From NCBI GenBank assembly GCA_950097015.1, contig CATNEN010000003.1, forward strand, positions 10,726,001-10,790,000: a DNA stretch of 64,000 bases, read 5' to 3'. A model generated the notes under the pieces. The model searched no databases and was not told where the DNA came from. It was given only the letters and a program-made list of their open reading frames with translations. This document shows, in pieces, positions 23,101 through 33,000 of this stretch (position 1 is the first letter of the stretch; every line of letters begins with the position of its first letter). The translations under genes were made by a program, and so were the position numbers. The DNA is from Macrostomum hystrix. Its lineage: Eukaryota; Animalia; Platyhelminthes.

Positions 23101-26100
23101 CTGGCGAGTCACCTCTCTACATTGCCTCACAAAATGGCCATCATGATGTGGCTCGCTCACTCATTCAAGCAGGAGCTGACGTCAATCTTCCAGAGAAAGT
23201 TCATGGCGCGTCACCTCTCTACATTGCCTCACAAAATGGCCATCATGAGGTGGCTCGCTCACTCATTCAAGCAGGAGCTGACGTCAATCTTCCAGAGAAA
23301 GTTAATGGCTTATCACCTCTCCATATTGCCTCACAAAATGGCCATCATGAGGTGGCTCGCTCACTCATTCAAGCAGGAGCTGACGTCAATCTTCCAGAGA
23401 AAGTTAATGGCCGCTCACCTCTCTACATTGCCTCACGAAATGACCATCATGAGGTGGCTCGCTCACTCATTCAAGCAGGAGCTGACGTCAACCTTCCAGA
23501 GAAAGTTCATGGCTCATCACCTCTCTACATTGCCTCACAAAATGGCCATCATGAGGTGGCTCGCTCACTCATTCAAGCAGGAGCTGACGTCAATCTTCCA
23601 GAGAAAGTTCGTGGCGAGTCACCTCTCTACATTGCCTCACAAAATGGCCATCATGAGGTGGCTCGCTCACTCATTCAAGCAGGAGCTGACGTCAACCTTC
23701 CAGAGAAAGTTCATGGCTCATCACCTCTCTGGATTGCCTCACACGAAGGCCATCATGAGGTGGCTCGCTCACTCATTCAAGCAGGAGCCGACGTCAATCT
23801 TCAAGAGAAAGTTAAGGGCTTCTCACCTCTCCACATTGTCTCACTATTCGGCGATCATGAGGTGGCTCGCTCACTCATTCAAGCAGGAGCCGACGTCAAT
23901 CGTCAAAGAAATTCTGGCGAGTCACCTCTCTACATTGCCTCACAAAATGGCCATCATGATGTGGCTCGCTCACTCATTCAAGCAGGAGCTGACGTCAATC
24001 TTCCAGAGAAAGTTCATGGCGCGTCACCTCTCTACATTGCCTCACAAAATGGCCATCATGAGGTGGCTCGCTCACTCATTCAAGCAGGAGCTGACGTCAA
24101 TCTTCCAGAGAAAGTTCATGGCGCGTCACCTCTCTACATTGCCTCACAAAATGGCCATCATGAGGTGGCTCGCTCACTCATTCAAGCAGGAGCCGACGTC
24201 AATCTTCAAACAAATTCTGGCGATTCACCTCTCTACATTGCCTCACTTTGCGGTCATCATGAGGTGGCTCGCTCACTCATTCAAGCAGGAGCTGACGTCA
24301 ATCTTCCAGAGAAAGTTCGTGGCGCGTCACCTCTCTACATTGCCTCACAAAATGGCCATCATGAGGTGGCTCGCTCACTCATTCAAGCAGGAGCTGACGT
24401 CAATCTTCAAGAAAAATCATTGAAGCAGCGATCCAGCAGAAGGTATGTATTTGATTAAAATTAAAAGTTTGTAATTATAATAATTCATTTCTATTGCTTA
24501 ATCGGGACAGATGTGCAGCTGACGTGACTCATTGCGTAACGCATCTGCATCTGCAATACGAGCTCAATACAAGCAAAGATTCCATTTTCTTACTTGCACA
24601 ACCTGCTCATCTCTTATCATTTTTCTCAGACGTTTTGTTTTTTGAGATTGTGTCATTATTCCTGGATATTTTCAAGTATGCTCACTGCTTCTAGGGAAAA
24701 CACTAACCACAAAACTTCACTGTCTAAACAGGCAAAATTTTTTAAAATGTTTCTGAGCATGGAAAATTTGAGCAAGGGAATTTCATAGAAGTTTGAAAAC
24801 CGCTTTCACTACTCCTCTCACCCTTCAGAGCCTCCCAGCCTCACTGAAACTCAGCACTGCCGCCTCCTCTCACCCTTCAGAGCCTCCCAGCCTCACTGAA
24901 ACTCAGCACTGCCGCCTCCTCTCACCCTTTAGAGCCGCACCCAGCGACGCAGAGCTGAGCCAGCTGCTGCACTCCAAGCTCTCTCAGTCGGGATTCGTGG
25001 ACTCCAGAGCCGCCTTGCAGATCGCTGTGGCTGACGTCTTGCAGGATGTTCTCAGGGAGATAATGAACTATGAGGGCTGGCATATTCAAGGCAGCTTCTC
25101 TGAGGCCTGGGGCAACAGCCTGGTCTCTCTGGATGGCGGAACTGACATCGACTCTGACATCGATGTTATTCAGCTGATTCCAGGAAGGCAGTTTCACCCG
25201 AGAGATGTGTGCGAGTGCGACCGAGTGGAGGCTGCTCAGACAGTGGAGCTCAGCAATGGCCACATCCTGATCTCCGGATTCGGTGAGAATTTCCTTCCAG
25301 AGACTGTCGGGATTGCTGGGACAAGAATTGAGCATATGTTTGGCTTGCTCAACTTCTTTGGCTTTCTAAAGGAAACAACAAACAAGGAAAAGAAACACAT
25401 TTTTCTGTTTTCTGAGAGTTAAAAGCTGGAGGCATTTGCAATATTTCTCGCATTTCCCATTCCTCCAGCCTCCAACCCAGCCGATTCATGGAATGGCTCC
25501 GCCCTGAGACCGGCTGTGGACGAAGTCACCGCCCGTCGCCTCTGCAGCTACCCTCCCATCGCGCCGCTGCAGCCACCAAGACTCTCCAACTCCAACATCC
25601 CCCAGTCCGTGCTGCAGTCGCTCCAGCGAGACCTCACCTCTGCCTCATCGCCCTGTCACGTGGTGCACGCAGCTCCTCCCGGAATGGGGGGCCAGCAGCT
25701 CCGAGTGAGCAGCAGCTTCCTGGAGAGGCGACTGCTGCGGAGTCTCAGCACTCTGCAAGGCCAGCTGTTCGTCACACTCAAGTGGCTGCTGAAGAAGAAG
25801 ATCTCAAACGTCGGCTTCAAGTCCTATCACGCAAAGACCGTCACGTTCCGAATGCTGGAGGAGACACCGGCTGAGCAGTGGAAGCCGGAGAATCTCGTGA
25901 GTCTCACGAGACGCTCGCTGCAGATGCTGCTTGACGGTGTGGAGAGCGGCTGCAGATCAGACACACCTGACGGTCGGATCCTGGAGCACTTCTTCCTGAG
26001 CGATGCTGCTGTGTACCTGAAAGGCTTGAAGTCGCCCACATCAGCTGAGAGAGTGAGCGAAGCGTTGAATCGGGCAGCCGGTGCATTGAGAGACGCCATG

Positions 26101-26889
26101 GCTGAGCTGCCTCAGCTGCTGCTGCAGTTCGAGGACAGTCTGCGACCCGTCAACGACTTGGGCCGATTCCACTTCCACCCGTTCCTCATCCTGCCGAGGC
26201 TCGATGACCGACACGTGTCAGAAGCCAAGACATGCGAGTTCCACGAGATCTACGACATTGTGCGAGAGTCGGTGCTTTGTCTATCCGATGGAGACCGCAG
26301 CCCGCAGTCGCGAGAGAGTCTCGCAGAGCTGATCGACAAACTGCCAGACTGCGCCAGATCAGCGCGAGAGTCTCTCAGAGCGCTGGCCTGCCTGAAGTTC
26401 GGCGACCGACTCAGTGCAGCGAGAGTTGTGAGCGACTGCGGGCCGTTCAGTGCGAGCAGAGGCATCGATTGGGGAGCTGAGAGGTCGGCGAGTGAGGCCA
26501 CTGCGGTCTTTGTGTGGCAGCACCTGAGGAGCCGAGACTCCGCCTGGAAATTCTGCTTTGTGTTTGACGAGCGACCGAAGCTGCCGATTGAGCACGAAGT
26601 CTTTGCCGGCTGCTTTCCGCTGCAGATGGAGAACTACGAAGACTGGTTCTACCTGAACTTTGACGCTCTGCTGCGGGCTCTTCGCAATCAGCTGACAAGA
26701 ACAGTAGACGCGAGCGATGAGGACTGGATCCAGGATGTGGCTCAGAGGGAGGATGCGGATGAGCAGGAGCTGCTGGTGGCTGCGGCGATCTGCGGAGATC
26801 TGCGGAGATCTGGAGCTGCTGCGGCGGCGGCGCAGAAGAATCACTCACGAGCTGTGCCGGCTGCCGGGCTGGCTGCAGCAAAAGATTGA
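20181..26889 (+). CDS. Ankyrin-repeat / cGAS-like (Mab-21, cGLR) nucleotidyltransferase fusion, copy 2; exons 20181-24442, 24933-25282, 25469-26889; about 2010 aa
   Basis: Paralogue of copy 1 with the same intron positions and phases; about 40 ANK repeats (mixed 33 and 34 aa); IQGSFSEAW...[26 protein letters not shown]. Confidence 0.85.
20560..24415 (+). repeat. Coding tandem array of 99/102-bp ankyrin units
   Basis: 34-aa units (..EKVxG..) interspersed with 33-aa units ([16 protein letters not shown]). Confidence 0.97.
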
Positions 26890-28029
26890 GAGGCTGAGTT
26901 GAGCTGAGACTGGCTGGAGGACCCTGAGAAAGATCAGAGTCAAACTAGCAGAATCGGCTCTGGAAGCTCTTCTGTGGCTTCTGTGGCAGTGGGATTTCTA
27001 GTGAGGCAGTGGGATTTCTAGTGAGGCAGTGGGATTTCTATCATGGTTCGCGACAACAAAATTAGTTGTGAAAATCGGACTTTCTCTCCTTACCAATGAG
27101 TGAAAATGAGACGATATTGTGTACTGATATTTGAGACCATCTGCTGCTAGCACAAGAACTGAAGTGGTGAGTTCTTGCCTTCACATGTACTCTTGAACCC
27201 GCTTTGAGTTTTATTTTTCAACAGTACGCAGCCTTCAGAGGCGCCGCGCAGTTGGGGCCCGATGGGTGCAAGTGTAGGTAATTGCTATTTCTGTTTTTAC
27301 ATTGCGTAAATTCATATTTTTTCATTGATTGTGTACAATGTGTGTACAATGTGTGTACAGTTAACTGTTAAAGTTTGGTCGCTATTTTAGCATTTGCGCA
27401 TTTACTTTGTATATTAGGACAGTATTTCTGAAGGGTTTAAGCCATGAAAACTGTTTTAGCCCAGATTTTATCTACGGAGTTCAAAGTTCTACCTAAGCGA
27501 AGACCTTAGAGTTAGACCTAAGCGAAGACCTTAGAGACCCTCTCAACAAGTAAACAAATCTGCCTTGAAAAATGATTTGCTTCAAGTGAAAATGTGAGCG
27601 GCCTCGAAAATAAATTTTCACAAAGTCAGCACTGGGTTTTCTTAGATAAAGCAGTGGTGGGGCCAAGGCCTGTAGCAGCTGGTGTCTTCTGCTTTACATT
27701 TCTTGGCGTTTCTGCTAAACCTGATTCTTATCGAAAATTCTTATCGCAAACTAATCATTCGTTTCTTAACTGCTGAGCTGAAAGAATTGAGTTTTTGATT
27801 CTAGAATATTCTACTAAATAATAGCATGCCAAAAAACTGAAGAATAAACCGACTCCTATTTTGTTTCTTGAGTTCTTATTTTGTATCAGCAATCAAGCAT
27901 TGACTCGCATATCCACCAGCTTCTCAATTAATTTCCAATTGTTCTACAGTTTCTAACCAGTACCTACGCGCAGTCCCAAGAGATTCCCAGAAAGCATTGC
28001 AACAAAATTTCTCAGCTTCTTGTTCCTTG

Positions 28030-29075
28030 TGAGGCAGTGGGATTTCTAGTGAGACAGTGGGATTTCTAGTGAGACAGTGGGATTTTTAGCGAGGCTGTGG
28101 GATTTCTTGTGAGACAGTGGGATTTCTATTGAGGCTGTGGGATTTCTAGCGAGGCTGTGGGATTTCTTGTGAGGCAGTGGGATTTCTAGCGAGGCAGTGG
28201 GATTTCTTGTGAGACAGTGGGATTTTTAGTGAGGCTGTGGGATTTCTAGTGAGGCTGTGGGATTCTAGTGAGGCAGTGGGATTTCTAGTGAGACAGTGGG
28301 ATTTCTAGTGAGACAGTGGGATTTCTAGTGAGGCAGTGGGATTCTAGTGAGGCAGTGGGATTTCTAGTGAGGCAGTGGTGATTCTAGCGAGGCAGTGGGA
28401 TTTCTTGTGAGACAGTGGGATTTCTAGTGAGACAGTGGGATTTCTAGTGAGGCAGTGGGATTTCTAGTGAGGCAGTGGGATTTCTTGAGAGGCAGTGGGA
28501 TTTCTTGTGAGGCAGTGGGATTTCTAGTGAGGTAGTGGGATTTCTAGTGAGGCAGTGGGATTTCTTGTGAGACAGTGGGATTTCTAGTGAGGTAGTGGGA
28601 TTTCTAGTGAGGTAGTGGGATTTCTAGTGAGGTAGTGGGATTTCTAGTGAGACATTGGGATTTCTAGTGAGGCAGTGGGGATTCTAGCGAGGCAGTGGGA
28701 TTTCTTGTGAGACAGTGGGATTTTTAGTGAGGCAGTGGGGATTCTAGTGAGGCAGTGGGATTTCTTGTGAGACAGTGGGATTCTAGTGAGGCAGTGGGAT
28801 TCTAGTGAGGCAGTGGGATTTCTAGTGAGGCAGTGGGGATTCTAGCGAGGCAGTGGGATTTCTTGTGAGACAGTGGGATTTCTAGTGAGGCTGTGGGATT
28901 TCTAGTGAGGCAGTGGGGATTCTAGCGAGGCAGTGGGATTTCTAATGAGGCTGTGGGATTTCTAGTGAGGCAGTGGGATTTCTAGTGAGGCAGTGGGATT
29001 TCTAGTGAGGCAGTGGGATTTCTAGTGAGGCAGTGGGATTTCTAGTGAGGTAGTGGGATTTCTCGTGAGACAGAG
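28030..29075. repeat. 20-bp minisatellite (GTGAGGCAGTGGGATTTCTA)n; a short related array lies at 26985-27040
   Basis: About 50 tandem copies. Confidence 0.95.
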
Positions 29076-29356
29076 GGACTTTCGGAAGATATATAGTGTA
29101 TTTGCAAGGAGGTATGGTTTACTGATTAATTAGTAATAAATTACTGATTACTGATTTACTGCTTTAATAAAACTTCAATTCTCGAGTTACATGTTTGGAT
29201 GGGTGTTGTATTTTTACATGACCAATAATCCTTTTTACGTTCTTTTCGGTTGCAAGAACGTACGAGTAATAACTGGATGTCTATGTCAAAAAGAAACAAG
29301 TTTGTCAAGTGGCAAAGAATTCTTCAAAGACTTCTTATACAAACGTGCTTTTTAAA

Positions 29357-29557
29357 ATGTCTTCACGCATCAATTCAACCAAGATCCAACAAAATGGGTT
29401 GGTTGAGGCAGCTGGAATGCTTTCTGTCCTGCTACTTGGCTGCATGGTGATTTGGCTCCTGATTCACGGGATACTTCGTTGCGCCTCAGTCGACAGCATC
29501 AACGACATCATGGATGATCAGAGGGACAAGCCTAATGGCCAACACGCGGTGAATTAG
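29357..29557 (+). CDS. Possible small single-pass membrane protein (66 aa)
   Basis: AAAATG context; one hydrophobic stretch AAGMLSVLLLGCMVIWLLIHGIL; no recognised homology. Confidence 0.25.
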   Translation: MSSRINSTKIQQNGLVEAAGMLSVLLLGCMVIWLLIHGILRCASVDSINDIMDDQRDKPNGQHAVN

Positions 29558-30030
29558 CCAAATATGTGGTGCCTGCTGCCTAGAATATTTTGACAAGAAC
29601 TATAAGAACAATTTTATTGATTTCGAAATCTTCACTAACATGTGCGTCAATAGTTTCGTGTCGTGCACGAAATGCTTGTGCATTTTATTTTTCTTTTATA
29701 ATCCACTATTCATGCTACTATCGAAGATCTATGGATAGTAGTCTAAATGGAACATTAAAATAATCCAGAAAAATGAACTATTCTTTCTGTCGGCCTAAAT
29801 TTGATTGGCTGTCGAATGGACGGGGCATTTGTTACGGTTCTATATCAACCTGAAGTCTAGATTGTGTTACATTATCGACTATACACTTTCATTAGTGAAT
29901 GAAATAAGCTAGTATATCTGAATTAGCCTAATGCACAGAAGATCAAATAGCGAATTTCACACAATTTCACCCAAGAAAATCTAAAAAACATTTAATTCTC
30001 GCGCAAACAAAGAGTCAGCACCGTGAACAC

Positions 30031-33000
30031 ATGTCCGGGATTCAAACTATAGTGCAAGCAATAATAGCTATCATCTTAGCAGCAGCAGCAGTCATCTCTG
30101 CAGTGGAGCCTAAAAGAAGTTCCTTCAGCGAAAGCGAGGCCAGAACTGTGTGTACAGCTCGGTGTTTTAAGCTGTTCAAAGAGAGGGTGAGATAATTTTT
30201 CAATAAAATTTTATAGATCCAAATACGAGCCTTCATTTCCTTTCCCTGTCTCCTCTCTCCTCTGTCTCATCTCTCCCCTGTTTTATCTCTCCCCTGTCTC
30301 ATCTCTCCCGTGTCTCATCTCTCCCCTGTCTCATCTCTCCCCTGTCTCATCTCTCCCCTGTCTCATCTCTCCCCTGTCTCATCTCTCCCTTGTCTCATCT
30401 CTCCCCTGTCTCGTCTTTCCCGTGTCTCATCTCTCCCATGTCTCATCTCTCCCCTGTTTTATCTCTCCCCTGTCTCATCTCTCCCCTGTCTTATCTCTCC
30501 CGTGTCTCATCTCTCCCCTGTCTCATCTCTCCCTTGTCTCAACTCTCCCGTGTCTCATCTCTCCCCTGTCTAATCTCTCCCGTGTCTCATCTCTCCCCTG
30601 TCTCATCTCTCCCGTGTCTCATCTCTCCCGTGTCTCATCTCTCCCCTGTCTCATCTCTCCCCTGTCTCATCTCTCCCCTGTCTCATCTCTCCCTTGTCTC
30701 ATCTCTCCCCTGTCTCATCTCTCCCCTGTCTTATCTCTCCCGTGTCTCATCTCTCCCCTGTCTCATCTCTCCCTTGTCTCAACTCTCCCGTGTCTCATCT
30801 CTCCCCTGTCTAATCTCTCCCGTGTCTCATCTCTCCCCTGTCTCATCTCTCCCGTGTCTCATCTCTCCTCTGTCTCATCTCTCCCGCGTCTCATCTCTCC
30901 CCTGTCTCATCTCTCCCCTGTCTCATCTCTCCCTTGTCTCATCTCTCCCCTGTCTCATCTCTCCCGTGTCTCATCTCTCCCCTGTCTCATCTCTCCCCTG
31001 TTTTATCTCTCCCCTGTCTCATCTCTCCCCTGTCTAATCTCTCCCGTGTCTCATCTCTCCCCTGTCTCATCTCTCCCGTGTCTCATCTCTCCTCTGTCTC
31101 ATCTCTCCCGCGTCTCATCTCTCCCCTGTCTCATCTCTCCCCTGTCTCATCTCTCCCGTGTCTCATCTCTCCCCTGTTTTATCTCTCCCCTGTCTCATCT
31201 CTCCCCTGTCTTATCTCTCCCGTGTCTCATCTCTCCTCTGTCTCATCTCTCCCGTGTCTCATCTCTCCCATGTCTCATCTCTCCCGTGTCTCATCTCTCC
31301 CGTGTCTCATCTCTCCCCTGTCTCATCTCTCCCGTGTCTCATCTCTCCTCTGTCTCATCTCTCCCGCGTCTCATCTCTCCCTGTCTCATCTATCCTGTAT
31401 CTCATCTATCCTGTATCTCATCTCGCCCGTGTCTCATCTCTCCCCTGTCTCATCTCTCCCGTGTCTCATCTCTCCCCTGTCTCATCTCTCCCGTGTCTCA
31501 TCTATCCTGTATCTCATCTCTCCCGTGTCTCATCTCTCCCCTGTCCCATCTCTCCCCTGTCTTATATCTCCCGTGTCTCATCTCTCCCCTGTCTCATCTC
31601 TCCCGTGTCTCATCTCTCCTCTGTCTCATCTCTCCCGCGTCTCATCTCTCCCTGTCTCATCTATCCTGTATCTCATCTCGCCCGTGTCTCATCTCTCCCG
31701 TGTCTCATCTCTCCATGTCTCATCTATCCTGTCTCATCTCTCCCCAGTGTCTCATTATCCCCTGTATTCTACTCCCCACTTGTCACTTGTTTGCCTTCTC
31801 TCATCTCTCACCCTGTCATATATTTGCCCGGTTACATATGAAAGATTTCTGATTTTGTCTCTCTTTTTGCTTGATTGCTGTTTAACCAAATATCGTAGAA
31901 CAAAGAGAAATATTTGAAATAAAAAGTCACTTTGTCAAATTGGGCATTAAAAATCGCTTTCGATGCATTTTTTTTCGTTCAAAGTCACCGCAGTCGTCCC
32001 AATTGGTATTATACGAGTATAAAGCATAAACAGACGCGGCATCAACTGGTATAAAACCAAGTTTACTACCTTCTTTTACAAGAAGCTACGTCACAATTTC
32101 CCGATTTCCTGCAATGCTATTAGCTTCATAGTCTATGGGATACAAGTGGCATTGCGACACAATTTCTGGACTAAAACCCTAACTCCCTAACTCCCTGCAC
32201 GCTGTGCAGTTAAATGCGAAATTCTGAGAGACTGGGGTTAATTGTAAAGACGATAAAGTCTACTTTGCGAGTCAATTCATTCGTAACAGTTAGACGCTAG
32301 CAAAACTAAATTAGTTCATCAATTTTCGACCGACATTTATGGCGCGAGGTTTTGATCAGGAACTAATTGAAAAAATCAATATATATATTTGTTACAATAA
32401 AAACAGCTTCTATTAAAGTCAAAACAAATATTTGCCTAAATAATTCTGACAGAAAATATGCGTCGAAGCGATTTTTTGTAGAGCTATGGTCCACGCTTCG
32501 GTAGAAATGACGTCAGATTTTGGTAGAAATGTGGTCAGCTTTTGGTAGAAATGACGTCAGATTTTGGTAGAAATGAGGTCAGCTTTTGGTAGAAATGACG
32601 TCAGATTTTGGTAGAAATGACGTCAGCTTTTGGTGGAAATGACGTCAGATTTTGGTGGAAATGACGTCAGCTTTTGGCAGAAATGATGTCAGCTTTTAGT
32701 AGAAATGACGTCAGATTTTGGTAGAAATGACGTCAGCTTTTGGTAGAAATGACGTCAGCTTTTGGTAGAAACGGCGTCAGCTTTTGGTAGAAATGACGTC
32801 AGCTTTTGGTAGAAACGGCGTCAGCTTTTGGTAGAAATGACGTCAGCTTTTGGTAGAAATGACGTCAGCTTTTGGTAGAAATGACGTCAGCTTTTGGTAG
32901 AAATGACGTTAGCTTTTGGTAGAAATGACGTCAGCTTTTGGTAGAAATGACGTCAGCTTTTGGTAGAAATGACGTCAGCTTTTGGTAGAAATGACGTCAG

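Noticed and set aside
30310-31917. Long [15 protein letters not shown] ORFs
   Set aside because: Stop-free translation of a 16-bp intronic satellite.
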